This document shows positions 43,246-53,421 of a stretch of DNA of 64,000 bases, piece by piece. The translations under genes and the position numbers were made by a program. This stretch comes from an uncultured Gammaproteobacteria bacterium (GTDB taxonomy: Bacteria > Patescibacteriota > Patescibacteriia > Magasanikbacterales > UBA922): contig CAYUTO010000002.1 in the NCBI GenBank assembly GCA_964447765.1, forward strand, positions 148,316 through 212,315, given 5' to 3'. The notes under the pieces are model-generated. The model saw nothing but the letters and a program-made list of their open reading frames with translations, ran no database searches and was not told the DNA's origin. How positions within the stretch are numbered: position 1 is the stretch's first letter; every line of letters begins with the position of its first letter.

Positions 43246-45126
43246 ATGTGTGGAATTGTTGGGATAGTGTATAAAACAAAGCAGATTGATAAAATGCTAT
43301 TTTTGAGCATGCTCGAGGCGGTAAAGCATCGAGGTCCAGAAAATCAGGGTTTTTGGTTTTCTTCAGATCATAAAGTTGCTTTAGGTCATCAGAGACTGGC
43401 AATTATTGATGTTTCATCGGCTGGAAATCAGCCAATGCAGACAAAAGATGGGCGCTATAGTGTGACGTTTAATGGTGAAATTTATAATTATCTAGAATTG
43501 AAAAGTGAGCTTGAAAAGCAAGGGGTAGTTTTTCATACCATGACTGATACTGAGGTGTTATTGCAAGCGTACGTGGTGTGGGGTAAGAAATGTGTAGAGA
43601 AATTGAATGGAATGTTTTCATTTGGAATTTGGGATGAATTTGAAAAAGTATTATTTATAGCAAGGGACCATATAGGAGAAAAACCATTGAAATATTATCA
43701 TGAAGGGGATACGTTTATTTTTGCATCAGAAGTTAAGGCGATTCTCAAGGAACCTTCGGTTGCGCGAGAAATTGATTGGGATGCGATTGATGTAGCTCTT
43801 AGTTTCAGGTATGTTCCAGCTCCACATACAGGTTTTAGGGGAGTTAAAAAATTACCTGCTGGACACTACCTAGTATGGAAACAAGGGAAAATTGAAGTCG
43901 AACAATATTGGTTTCCAGAACAAGTAACAATAAATAACAAAAAAACTGAAGATGAGTGGAAGGTTGAATTATGGGATTTGTTTGTTGATTCGGTGCGAAA
44001 GAGATTGATGAGTGATGTTCCTCTGGGAGCTCTTTTGAGCGGAGGACTTGACTCAACATCAGTTGTTGCTGCTGTTCGTGAGATAACTGATAAAAAAATA
44101 GACACGTTTGTCATTAGTATCGGTGGTGTGAGCAAAGATGAGGAGTATGCACAGAAAGCTGCTGACTATTTTCAGACTAATCATCATCGCCTGAGTCTGT
44201 CTGATATTGATTTTACTTCACAAATTTCTCGTTTGGCTAGTCAATATGATGAACCATTTTTTGATCAGGCCGCCCTTCCTACGTTGATCATTAGCGAGGT
44301 GATGAAAAAAAAAGTTACCGTAGTGTTGAGTGGTGATGGAGGGGATGAATTATTTGGTGGATACGACGCATATACAAAAGTTCCTCTGTTCAGGCTGTTG
44401 AGTAGTATTCCAGGTCCTATCCGTTATGGTGCTGCACGATTGGCACGCATGAAGAATAATCTTGCGTATAAGGCTGAAATTGCTGCTCAGTCTTTTGAAA
44501 AAATGTACACGGAATACTACAGCATGTGGAAGACCTCTTTACCCGTGAGTCATCGGTATATAACCAAAACAGATTTGTATCTTCCTGAATTGAAAAAAAA
44601 TATTTTAGATGAAAACGCTTTAGAATATATGAAAAAATGGTTCAAAAGCGCTAGCTCGGATTTGGTGAATAATGCTATGTTAGCAGATATTAAAGGGCGT
44701 CTGGCAGATGGGTATCTTGCAAAGGTTGATTTTAGTTCTATGGCACATGCGATTGAAATTAGAGCGCCATTTCTTGATCCCCGACTGGTGCAGTCGTCTT
44801 TATCTATGCCAAGTAAATTGAAAATTAAGAATGGTCAAGGAAAATATATATGGAAAGAAATAGTAAAAGGAAAAATTCCAGAAAGTATTATGTTGCGACC
44901 AAAGGCTGGATTTGGGATACCTCTCCACGCGTTAATGATAAAAGAAATGAAAGGTCTTATTGAAGACGTGCTGCTGAGTAATACGTCTGAAGTACAGAAA
45001 TATTTTTCTAGAACAGTGATGATTCAGATGTGGAATCAGCATATTGCTGGAGCTGCTGATTATAGTAATCATCTATGGTCATTACTTATGCTTGAACTAT
45101 GGCTGAAGAAATATTACACAAAATAA
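43246..45126 (+). CDS. Asparagine synthase (glutamine-hydrolysing) family amidotransferase (AsnB-like). It is probably a sugar/uronate amidotransferase in this context.
   Basis: MCGIVGIV has the N-terminal nucleophile Cys directly after the initiator Met (start moved to ATG 43246). SGGLDSTSVVA is the PP-loop. It is 626 aa. Confidence 0.85.
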   Translation: MCGIVGIVYKTKQIDKMLFLSMLEAVKHRGPENQGFWFSSDHKVALGHQRLAIIDVSSAGNQPMQTKDGRYSVTFNGEIYNYLELKSELEKQGVVFHTMTDTEVLLQAYVVWGKKCVEKLNGMFSFGIWDEFEKVLFIARDHIGEKPLKYYHEGDTFIFASEVKAILKEPSVAREIDWDAIDVALSFRYVPAPHTGFRGVKKLPAGHYLVWKQGKIEVEQYWFPEQVTINNKKTEDEWKVELWDLFVDSVRKRLMSDVPLGALLSGGLDSTSVVAAVREITDKKIDTFVISIGGVSKDEEYAQKAADYFQTNHHRLSLSDIDFTSQISRLASQYDEPFFDQAALPTLIISEVMKKKVTVVLSGDGGDELFGGYDAYTKVPLFRLLSSIPGPIRYGAARLARMKNNLAYKAEIAAQSFEKMYTEYYSMWKTSLPVSHRYITKTDLYLPELKKNILDENALEYMKKWFKSASSDLVNNAMLADIKGRLADGYLAKVDFSSMAHAIEIRAPFLDPRLVQSSLSMPSKLKIKNGQGKYIWKEIVKGKIPESIMLRPKAGFGIPLHALMIKEMKGLIEDVLLSNTSEVQKYFSRTVMIQMWNQHIAGAADYSNHLWSLLMLELWLKKYYTK

Positions 45127-46454
45127 ACGTGCTTGAGGTCTGTTCAGACTTACGGTATGGTGGTGGGCAACGTAATATGGTTACGTTTGCAAAATATCTG
45201 CGTAAAGATATTTTTTCAGTATCAATTTGTGCTTATGCTGAGGGGGGACCACTCGAATTATTAATTCAATCTCATAATATTCCATTTTTAGTTGCACATA
45301 ATGAAGTGGTAAAAGTATTGGATTTTATTCGAGATAGAAAAATAGATATTATACATATTCACCGATCAGGCGGATATGTGTCGATTGAGACCGAGATTAT
45401 AAAGGGTGCTAAAAAAATGAATCCTAATATAATTATTATAGAAAAAAATGTATTTGGAAAGTATGATCCAAGTACTAAAGGGTTCATTGATTGCTCGCTG
45501 TTTCAAAGTATGATGCATGTGAATGAACGATATCTACCTAGTTCAAAGGAGGTTTTTGATTTTTCGAGACATAAAGTTTTCTATAATTTGGTCGACTACA
45601 AAGAGTTTACTAAGTACCGTGCAAATCCTGAAGAAATTATTGCGTATAAAAGAAAATTAGGAATTAAGCATGGGGATTTTGTAGTGGGAAAGATTGGTCG
45701 CCATGCACTTGAAAAGTGGAGTGATTTGATTATCGACATGGCACCTCATTTGGTAAAAAAGATTCCAGCTGTAAAGATAGTGATCATTGGATGTCCACCT
45801 TCACGAATAAAAAAAATTAAGCATAGTCGCTATAGAGATTTTTTTATTTTTTTGTCGGAGACTAGTACACAAAAGGAAGTCCATATGTTTTATCAAAGTA
45901 TCGATGTTTTGGCGCACTGTTCAAAAATTGGTGAATGTAACGGTAATACTATTAATGAGGCGATGTATTGGAATAAGCCTGTTGTAGTGAACTCTACACC
46001 GCGTAAAGATAATGGGCAACTGGAACAAGTGATTCATTTGCTCAATGGTATTATAGCGAATAATCCAATAACTTTTGCGCGAGCATTAATATACTTAGCA
46101 AAAAATCAAGCTGAACGAAAAAAAATGGGGAGCATGGGTTTTGAACAAGTAAGTATTGTGAACAATCCAGAGTATCTCACAAAACAACTTGAAAAAGTTT
46201 TTATAGAAAAATTAGGTAGAAAAAAAGATTTAATCGTTTTGTCATTAGTTCGGGAGTATGATAAGGTTGATTATTATATAAATGGTCCTGCAATAATCCA
46301 GTATAAACAAAAATATAACACACGTCTATATTGGGAATTTGGGGATCTTAGTTTTGGTGAAAGGTTGTACCTGTATTCGACTGTATTTAAGCGTTACTAC
46401 TTGAAATTAAAAGATTTTATTCAACATAAATGGCAGACTTATGATAAGAGATGA
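45099..46454 (+). CDS. Glycosyltransferase, GT-B fold (GT4-like).
   Basis: LEVCSDLRYGGGQRNMVTFAKYL N-terminal motif. C-terminal GNTINEAMYWNKPVVV. The assignment is weaker than for the other GT4 genes. Confidence 0.55.
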   Translation: MAEEILHKINVLEVCSDLRYGGGQRNMVTFAKYLRKDIFSVSICAYAEGGPLELLIQSHNIPFLVAHNEVVKVLDFIRDRKIDIIHIHRSGGYVSIETEIIKGAKKMNPNIIIIEKNVFGKYDPSTKGFIDCSLFQSMMHVNERYLPSSKEVFDFSRHKVFYNLVDYKEFTKYRANPEEIIAYKRKLGIKHGDFVVGKIGRHALEKWSDLIIDMAPHLVKKIPAVKIVIIGCPPSRIKKIKHSRYRDFFIFLSETSTQKEVHMFYQSIDVLAHCSKIGECNGNTINEAMYWNKPVVVNSTPRKDNGQLEQVIHLLNGIIANNPITFARALIYLAKNQAERKKMGSMGFEQVSIVNNPEYLTKQLEKVFIEKLGRKKDLIVLSLVREYDKVDYYINGPAIIQYKQKYNTRLYWEFGDLSFGERLYLYSTVFKRYYLKLKDFIQHKWQTYDKR

Positions 46455-47271
46455 TTTTAAAATTTCCGCCTGCCTCGTTGTGTACCATGAAGAAGAGGTT
46501 ATCGAGCGTTGTCTGCAAAGTATCACTGGTCTGGTTGACGAAATTGTTGTAGTACACGATGGTCCATGCAATGACAGAACACTTGAAATTGCAGAGCGTT
46601 ATACTGATAAAATTTTTATACAAAATCATGTGGGTATCGCTGAGCCACATCGTGTATTTGCTTTATCAAAAACTTCTGGAACATGGATTTTGCAGATGGA
46701 CGCTGATGAATTTCTCGATATGGGTGATCATGAAAAAATACGATCGTTTATTAGGTCAGCGCCTTCATCAGTGGACGCTTTTATTTTTAAATGGGAAATG
46801 TGGAGCGGTAAATCTGCAGTGTATTTTCCAGGATTGCAAAAAATGTGTCTTTTTAAAAAGAAAGAATTTTTCTTTTGTGGAGTACCTCAAGAAATTGGTG
46901 ATGTGCGTGGAGAGAAAAAATTATTGGACATTGTGTTACATCATAAGCCTACCTATAGTAATATTAGTTGGAAAGAGTTTATGAGAAAAAGTAAGAAGTG
47001 GACCATTGTACATGCGAGTTATTTTTTCCCTGAAGATGTTGCTATAGTGTGTTTTAATACCAGTCCAGACCAGTGGATTGCGTACACTAAAAAAGTGCGC
47101 AGTAGAATATGGTATCACCTTCTTGTGGAGCCTCTCAGAATGTCTCTAGGACAACTAAAAAACGGCCTATGGAGAAATAGGTATGGTTGGCAGGTAGTAT
47201 TGGAGCGAGCAGTCTATTATGGTATGCTGTACTGGCAAATTAAGAGGCGAATGAGTTCAAGAAAAACCTAA
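46441..47271 (+). CDS. GT2-family glycosyltransferase.
   Basis: ISACLVVYHEEEVIERCLQSI...VVVHDGPCNDRTLEIA and QMDADEF (DXD). Confidence 0.65.
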   Translation: MIRDDFKISACLVVYHEEEVIERCLQSITGLVDEIVVVHDGPCNDRTLEIAERYTDKIFIQNHVGIAEPHRVFALSKTSGTWILQMDADEFLDMGDHEKIRSFIRSAPSSVDAFIFKWEMWSGKSAVYFPGLQKMCLFKKKEFFFCGVPQEIGDVRGEKKLLDIVLHHKPTYSNISWKEFMRKSKKWTIVHASYFFPEDVAIVCFNTSPDQWIAYTKKVRSRIWYHLLVEPLRMSLGQLKNGLWRNRYGWQVVLERAVYYGMLYWQIKRRMSSRKT

Positions 47272-47274
47272 TAT

Positions 47275-48441
47275 ATGGATAAAAATAACACTAGAATAGC
47301 CCTTATTAGGGGAAATGGCATGAATTCGTGGGAAGGAAGAATGTGGAATGATTTTGATGAAAAATTTAGAATTATAGGTTTTTGTGCGCAAAAAAATTTA
47401 TTTCCGATTAATGATCTTAAATTTCCTGTAACACATCTAAGAACTACTTCAGATTTTCGTCTATACAATAGAATGTCAATTCTTCTTTCGGGTGTTTTTC
47501 AAAAGATGTATGGACTTGAAAAAGAATTAAAAGATTTTTCAATTGCACACACAGTTGAGCTGTACAATCACTATACCTATCAGGCCGTTCAGGCGAAAAA
47601 GATGTATGTAAACCTCAAAGTTGTAACCACTGTATGGGATAATAGTTTTGGGCGTTTTGAGTATGAGTATGCTCGATCTGTGCATCCGCCAAAATTTTGG
47701 AGAGAAAAGATTAAGAAGATTATTAATACAAATGTCAAAAATGTTGATAGATTTATTGCAGTTAGTGAATATAGTAGACAATTACTCGAAGATTACGGCG
47801 TACCTGAAGAAAAAATAAGAGTAGTAATTCCTGGCCTCGTAGATGTGTCTGTGCAAAAAAAATTGTTAATCGAAAAATACGATTTGATCAATTCATCATT
47901 TTTTCTCATGGTGAATAGACTAAAAAAAGAAAAAGGTGTGTATGATGTGCTCTACGCATGGAAAATGTATGTGAAGAAAACGAGTCAAGAAAATCCACTT
48001 CTCGTAATAGTTGGTGATGGTCCCGAGCGAGAAAATATGCTCCGACTAATAAAAGAGTGGGGAATCGAGAAAACCATACTCTGTATTAGGCAATTACCGA
48101 ATCAAGAAATTCGAAGTCTTTATTATGATGCGCGTGCATTGATTTTAGCAAGTATTCCGACCCCATTGTGGCAGGAGCAGTTTGGGTATGTACTCGCTGA
48201 AGCATTGACTTGCGGTTGTCCTGTAATATCTACTATGTCTGGCTCAATTCCTGAAGTGGTGGGTGATGCAGGAATTTTGTGTCCTCCCGGTAGTCCAGGA
48301 GCTTTGGTAGAGGCAATGAAAAAATTTGATAATGCTTCTGTTTTGGATCACTACCGACGTAAGGCCATTGAATCGAAGGAGCGATTCTCACAAAGTCGTT
48401 TTCAAAAAGAAATGAGTGAAATTTATTCTGAATTACTATGA
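47275..48441 (+). CDS. Glycosyltransferase family 4.
   Basis: [35 protein letters not shown] matches the GT4 E-x7-E motif. Confidence 0.75.
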   Translation: MDKNNTRIALIRGNGMNSWEGRMWNDFDEKFRIIGFCAQKNLFPINDLKFPVTHLRTTSDFRLYNRMSILLSGVFQKMYGLEKELKDFSIAHTVELYNHYTYQAVQAKKMYVNLKVVTTVWDNSFGRFEYEYARSVHPPKFWREKIKKIINTNVKNVDRFIAVSEYSRQLLEDYGVPEEKIRVVIPGLVDVSVQKKLLIEKYDLINSSFFLMVNRLKKEKGVYDVLYAWKMYVKKTSQENPLLVIVGDGPERENMLRLIKEWGIEKTILCIRQLPNQEIRSLYYDARALILASIPTPLWQEQFGYVLAEALTCGCPVISTMSGSIPEVVGDAGILCPPGSPGALVEAMKKFDNASVLDHYRRKAIESKERFSQSRFQKEMSEIYSELL

Positions 48442-49130
48442 AAGTTTCGATTGTAATCCCTGTATATAACGAAAAAAAAACGATTGAGGAACTTTTGAGA
48501 AAAGTGTCGACTGTTGTGGTACCTGGGTGGGAAAAGGAAATAATTGTAGTAGAAGATTGTTCGCTCGACGGTACTGATGAGATTTTGAAAAAAATGGACA
48601 GTCAGTATCGAATTATTTTCCACACAGAAAATCAAGGTAAAGGAGGTGCATTACACACAGGGTTTGCTGCGGCTACTGGAGATTACATTTTGGTGCAAGA
48701 TGCAGACCTCGAATATGACCCAGAAGAATATCAAAAATTATTGGAGCCAGTTACAAAGTACGATGCTGATGTGGTATATGGATCACGATTTATGGGGGGA
48801 GGAGCACATCGTGTAGTTTATTTTTGGCATTATGTAGGTAATAGATTTTTGACGTTGTTGTCGAATATGTTTACGAATTTGAATCTGACAGACATGGAAA
48901 CATGTTATAAGTTGTTCAGGAGAGAGATTCTGCAAAAAACAAAGCTTGAGCAAAAACGTTTCGGGTTTGACCCTGAAGTAACTGCAAAAGTAGCTCGAAT
49001 GAAGCCGATTAAAATATTTGAAGTAGGGATATCTTATAATGGTAGAACCTATGCTGAAGGAAAAAAAATTACCTGGAAAGACGGTTTTAGAGTGATTTAT
49101 TGCATAATCAAATATGGGTTATTTAAGTAA
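48438..49130 (+). CDS. GT2 polyprenyl-phosphate sugar synthase (DPM1-like dolichyl/undecaprenyl-phosphate glycosyltransferase).
   Basis: [19 protein letters not shown]...[10 protein letters not shown]...QDADLEYDP. It is 230 aa and soluble-type, like Dpm1/Agl-type enzymes. Confidence 0.8.
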   Translation: MKVSIVIPVYNEKKTIEELLRKVSTVVVPGWEKEIIVVEDCSLDGTDEILKKMDSQYRIIFHTENQGKGGALHTGFAAATGDYILVQDADLEYDPEEYQKLLEPVTKYDADVVYGSRFMGGGAHRVVYFWHYVGNRFLTLLSNMFTNLNLTDMETCYKLFRREILQKTKLEQKRFGFDPEVTAKVARMKPIKIFEVGISYNGRTYAEGKKITWKDGFRVIYCIIKYGLFK

Positions 49131-50313
49131 TTTTTTTAAAAATTCCAATAAAGTAGTAATAGCCTTGTTTTTTTTGGGAGTTTTAAATTTGGTTGTATTT
49201 AGTTTTATATTTGGTTTTCATGCAACGAGTGACACTGATAGCTTTGTCCTTGCCATTGATTTTTTCAAGGGAAACAGTGACATTATTTACCCAAATCGGT
49301 ATCTCAATCCTCTGTACCCTGTGGTGGCCTCCACATTGCTGCCTTTTTTGTCTGCAGCTCAGAGTATTGTGGTCATAAACATAGTTTTTTATGTGGGAAT
49401 TATATTTCTGACGTACGGACTAGTGCGCAGGATTTTCAAAAATAATATGACGGGGTTTATTGCAGCTCTGTTAATTATGACTGCGTATCCGATACTACGA
49501 TATGGGTTACTGCAGGTACAGGACGTGGGTGGTTATTTCTGGTTTCTCGCAACTATCTATACCTCGTGGAGGTGGTATGAAAACAAAGATTGGAGATGGC
49601 TTGCTCTCGGCAGTGTTTCTGTTGCATTTGGGGTTTTAACCAAGGAAAGTGGATGCATGGGGGCGCTATTTACAGGTCTTTTGATTTTGAGTATTCGGAG
49701 CCTTTCATGGAAAAAGAAGATAATGCTCATCTTAGGTTTTGCCTTACTTCCTCTTATTACTATTATAATTAATGCGGTGAGAGGGGCTGAAGTTGGGTAT
49801 AGTTCAGCACAGTGGTTTATCGATAATTGGTATGTATATGCTCCGGGTAACTATACGATTGTAAAATGGCTAGGAGTTAACCTTACTACGTATAATGTAC
49901 TATGGATCTTTATTGTGTGGGGTTTGTATTTGTTAATAAAGAATCGAAAAATACTTGATCCATGTATTGTTACATACTTTTTATTAGTGATTCCCTCGAG
50001 TGCATCATACTTTGCATGGCCCATGTTTATTGGAAGAACAGTCCTTATCTCAGCATGGTTTTTTGTTCCTATTGCAGCTTTTGCACTGTCCCACCTCATA
50101 AGCCGTGGAGGGAAGTACCAATGGGTGGGTATTGTATCTGTAATGATATGTGTCCTTACGCCGTATATTTTACAGTATATAATAGCCTACGCACCGTTAT
50201 TTTCTATTTTAGAAATTTGTCACTACAATCCAGTTTGCAGTATTCAGTATTTTGTGGAACATTGGCATGAATTTAGTCGGACGGGTGTTTATTCAGCTCC
50301 TTTGGTGAATTAA
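49114..50313 (+). CDS. Polytopic membrane protein, a putative GT-C-fold glycosyltransferase (ArnT/PMT-like). It is paired with the upstream Dpm1-like GT2.
   Basis: About 11 TM helices with an early extracytoplasmic loop. There are no catalytic motifs I can assign with certainty. Context only. Confidence 0.45.
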   Translation: MGYLSNFFKNSNKVVIALFFLGVLNLVVFSFIFGFHATSDTDSFVLAIDFFKGNSDIIYPNRYLNPLYPVVASTLLPFLSAAQSIVVINIVFYVGIIFLTYGLVRRIFKNNMTGFIAALLIMTAYPILRYGLLQVQDVGGYFWFLATIYTSWRWYENKDWRWLALGSVSVAFGVLTKESGCMGALFTGLLILSIRSLSWKKKIMLILGFALLPLITIIINAVRGAEVGYSSAQWFIDNWYVYAPGNYTIVKWLGVNLTTYNVLWIFIVWGLYLLIKNRKILDPCIVTYFLLVIPSSASYFAWPMFIGRTVLISAWFFVPIAAFALSHLISRGGKYQWVGIVSVMICVLTPYILQYIIAYAPLFSILEICHYNPVCSIQYFVEHWHEFSRTGVYSAPLVN

Positions 50314-51011
50314 TGTATATGCTACACGTATCACTTATCATTCCTACATACAATGAAGTAAAAAATGTACCATTATTGGTAAAAGAAATTTTTGATGTTG
50401 TAGATCATACACAGGTTGATTTAGAGCTTATTATTGTTGATGATAATTCTCCTGATGGTACCGGAGCTGTTGCTGAAGAGTTGGGTAAGACTTATCCTGT
50501 AAAGACGGTGCACCGGTCAGGAAAATTAGGTCTCGGTAGCGCTGTTCGGGCTGGATTTGATGAGTCGAAGCGTGACTATTTGGGAGTTATGGATGCGGAT
50601 TTGAGTCATGATCCAAGTGTGCTCAATTCTATGATAATGTCTTTAGTTGAGTATGATATTGTGCTCGGAAGCAGGTTTGAAAAGGGAAGTATTGTTGAAA
50701 AATGGAAGTGGTGGCGAGCATTAATTTCAAAAGTGGGTGTTGCTATCACCTATGTGCTAACAGGAGTTCGGGATCCTCTGAGTGGCTATTTCTTTTTACG
50801 TCGAGACGTAATTAAGGATGTTTCGCTTGATACTACGGGGTACAAGATATTGCTTGAAATTCTTATCAAGGGATCGTATAAGAAGGTTAATGAAATTCCC
50901 TTTAGATTTCGAATCAGAAAGTTTAGTACGTCAAAGCTTGATGGTAAAGAACATATCCTATTTTTAAAACAAGTTATCACGTATACTTGGTATAAGTTAT
51001 TTAAGAAATAA
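50313..51011 (+). CDS. GT2 polyprenyl-phosphate sugar synthase (DPM1-like), second copy.
   Basis: LIIPTYNEVKNVPLLVKEI...IVDDNSPDGTGAVAEEL...MDADLSHDP. It is 232 aa. Confidence 0.8.
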   Translation: MYMLHVSLIIPTYNEVKNVPLLVKEIFDVVDHTQVDLELIIVDDNSPDGTGAVAEELGKTYPVKTVHRSGKLGLGSAVRAGFDESKRDYLGVMDADLSHDPSVLNSMIMSLVEYDIVLGSRFEKGSIVEKWKWWRALISKVGVAITYVLTGVRDPLSGYFFLRRDVIKDVSLDTTGYKILLEILIKGSYKKVNEIPFRFRIRKFSTSKLDGKEHILFLKQVITYTWYKLFKK

Positions 51012-51012
51012 C

Positions 51013-52566
51013 ATGTTTGTACGCATTAAAAATTGGATTAGCACTAATGTACCACTAGTTCTCATACTGAGTGTGTCTGTCTTTTTATTAGTATTTAGGA
51101 TAAATTATCGAACGTTCTGGATGGATGAGACGATGATCTTAAATTATTTTCATCACGGAATTTTCGATTTTATCCTGGACTATGTAAAATTTCCAGACAA
51201 TCACCCTCCTTTGTACTATTTTTTTGCATTACTCGTGAGTAAGTTATTGCCCGGGTCAGAATTGACCGTTAGGCTTATTTCAATTCTGTCTGGTCTAGGA
51301 ATTGTTCTACTTGTATATCGGTTTACGTACCGTGTTACGAATACCAAAAAGATAGCATTGCTCACTGCTTTTTTTACTGCGTTCTCGTCATATTTTATTT
51401 TGATTTCACAAATGGCCCGGTATCATAGTTTTGCTGGATTGAGCGCTCTATTGGTAATGTATTATTTTTATCGTCTGTATACCGAGGGATTTGAAAAAAG
51501 ACTGTGGTTATATTATTTGGGGTCTCTTGTATTGACTGGGTATGTCGATTATCCACATTTTATTTATGCTGTCGTGATTACTAATATCTTTTTGCTGTAT
51601 CGTGTGATCCATAAACAGCCGATGGTTACATTTAAAAATTGGTTTGTAGGGAATCTGCTTGTTGCGTTAGTATGTCTTCCTCTCGCATGGATGCTATATC
51701 ATCGGATTTTTATTCAAGGAGATGGTGGGTGGGAGAATGTAAATTTATTGGGAAATTCAATAGTAAATATTTTTGCCGGTATCTTGTTCCATGTGTATGT
51801 ATTTTTATTTGGAGAAAATCTTTTTCCATGGAATTATGTTATTTTTATTATGGGTTGTGTGGTGCTTGGTGGAATTCTGGTTGGGTTAGTTAAATTAATT
51901 CAACAAAGAAGAAATAGTAGTGCACAGATTTTGGTCGTACTAATGTTTACTCTGGCTATTATAGTAAACACACTATTTATAAACGTTGCTAATCCAAGGT
52001 ACAATTTTACCGTATATCCAAAATTTGGTTTTGTGGCTTATGCCCTAGGTATCATGGCTTTTGTGTTTTGTATCACAATTTTTAAATCGCAAAAAATACA
52101 AAACAGTCTCCTTATATTGTGGTTTTTAGTTGCTTCTGTTGGTCTGTATCATTTTTATACAGCAAGTAATTACCTCAATCCAAGTTATTTTCGTACGTTC
52201 GAGTCATTTGAATATGTACGTGGCCATTCGGATCAGGGAGATTACCTTGCGATTACACCTGATGCGAGCGAAGGGTTTTACTATTTTTATGAGGATACAT
52301 ATTTTAAAAATCTTAAGCCTTTAAGTATCGATGATTTTAAATTAGGAAATATTCAGGTGTCAGAAAGAGTCTGGTTTTTTTCAACTGGAGAAGATGGCCC
52401 TGAAGAGAGCGTAACTACAGAAAAAAAGATTCCCGAGGGGTTTAGAATTATAAGTAGATTTGATAGTGTGCCACTTGATCCAAGATTTAAGACATACAAG
52501 GAAAAATTTCTTAATAGACCGAGTTATACATATAAATATACGGTATTTTTACTTGAAAAAATATGA
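51013..52566 (+). CDS. Polytopic membrane protein, a putative GT-C-fold glycosyltransferase. It is paired with the upstream Dpm1-like GT2.
   Basis: About 12 TM helices. A PDNHPPLYYF loop is reminiscent of ArnT/PMT-family first-loop motifs. A C-terminal soluble domain of ~120 aa is present. Confidence 0.5.
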   Translation: MFVRIKNWISTNVPLVLILSVSVFLLVFRINYRTFWMDETMILNYFHHGIFDFILDYVKFPDNHPPLYYFFALLVSKLLPGSELTVRLISILSGLGIVLLVYRFTYRVTNTKKIALLTAFFTAFSSYFILISQMARYHSFAGLSALLVMYYFYRLYTEGFEKRLWLYYLGSLVLTGYVDYPHFIYAVVITNIFLLYRVIHKQPMVTFKNWFVGNLLVALVCLPLAWMLYHRIFIQGDGGWENVNLLGNSIVNIFAGILFHVYVFLFGENLFPWNYVIFIMGCVVLGGILVGLVKLIQQRRNSSAQILVVLMFTLAIIVNTLFINVANPRYNFTVYPKFGFVAYALGIMAFVFCITIFKSQKIQNSLLILWFLVASVGLYHFYTASNYLNPSYFRTFESFEYVRGHSDQGDYLAITPDASEGFYYFYEDTYFKNLKPLSIDDFKLGNIQVSERVWFFSTGEDGPEESVTTEKKIPEGFRIISRFDSVPLDPRFKTYKEKFLNRPSYTYKYTVFLLEKI

Positions 52567-53420
52567 ACTGCATCAATTGTAAAAAACAGATGACATATTA
52601 CTTTACCAAAAAAGATTTTAAAATTTTGAAGTGCACTCACTGTAAATTACTTGCCGTTGAAAATGTGCCTGAGGATTTAGCTCCTTTTTATTCGGAAGGG
52701 TATTTTACTGGAGATGTGACGCTTGATGGATACATGGACTATGAACTGGATAAAGAGGTTACGAAAAGCACATACGTATACTATCTAGATAAAATTCAGG
52801 AGCAATTACGAGGCAAAGTGAATCCAAAGCTTTTTGAAGTGGGGTGCGCAACGGGATTTTTTTTACAACTTGCAAAAGATCGGGGATGGGAAGTGAGCGG
52901 GATAGATGTGTCAGAGTACGCAATCAAAAAAGGTCGAGAAAAAGGACTTGAGGTGTCTGTTGCAGCTATTGAAGATATTGCGAGCGACGTAAAAAGTGAT
53001 GTAGTTGCAATGTATGATCTAATTGAGCACGTTAAAGATCCGCTGGATGTATTACAAAGAACAAGAGAAATGCTGGTGCCTGGTGGATTGATCGTGTTGA
53101 CTACGCCTGATGCGGGTAGTCTGTGGGCACGTGTGTGGGGTAGTAAATGGCATGCATTTGTTCCACCACAGCATTTATTTTATTTTTCAGACAAAAATTT
53201 GTGCCAGATCTTGGTCTCAAATGGGTTTGAAATAGTAGTGGTTGCACATCACGGAAAGCGCTTCGCAGTCCCGTACATTATCCGGTTATTGTATAGTTGG
53301 ACTGGATTAAGATTATTTTCAAAACTTGCAGAATGGTCCTCTCATTCATTTTTGAAAAATGTCGCTATTCCGATTAATCTAAGGGATACGGTATTTATTA
53401 TTGCCCGAAAGAAAAGCTAG
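52563..53420 (+). CDS. Class I SAM-dependent methyltransferase with an N-terminal Cys4 zinc-ribbon.
   Basis: CINCKKQ...CTHCKL zinc-ribbon. Motif I LFEVGCATGFFLQLA. Confidence 0.75.
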   Translation: MNCINCKKQMTYYFTKKDFKILKCTHCKLLAVENVPEDLAPFYSEGYFTGDVTLDGYMDYELDKEVTKSTYVYYLDKIQEQLRGKVNPKLFEVGCATGFFLQLAKDRGWEVSGIDVSEYAIKKGREKGLEVSVAAIEDIASDVKSDVVAMYDLIEHVKDPLDVLQRTREMLVPGGLIVLTTPDAGSLWARVWGSKWHAFVPPQHLFYFSDKNLCQILVSNGFEIVVVAHHGKRFAVPYIIRLLYSWTGLRLFSKLAEWSSHSFLKNVAIPINLRDTVFIIARKKS

Positions 53421-53421
53421 T

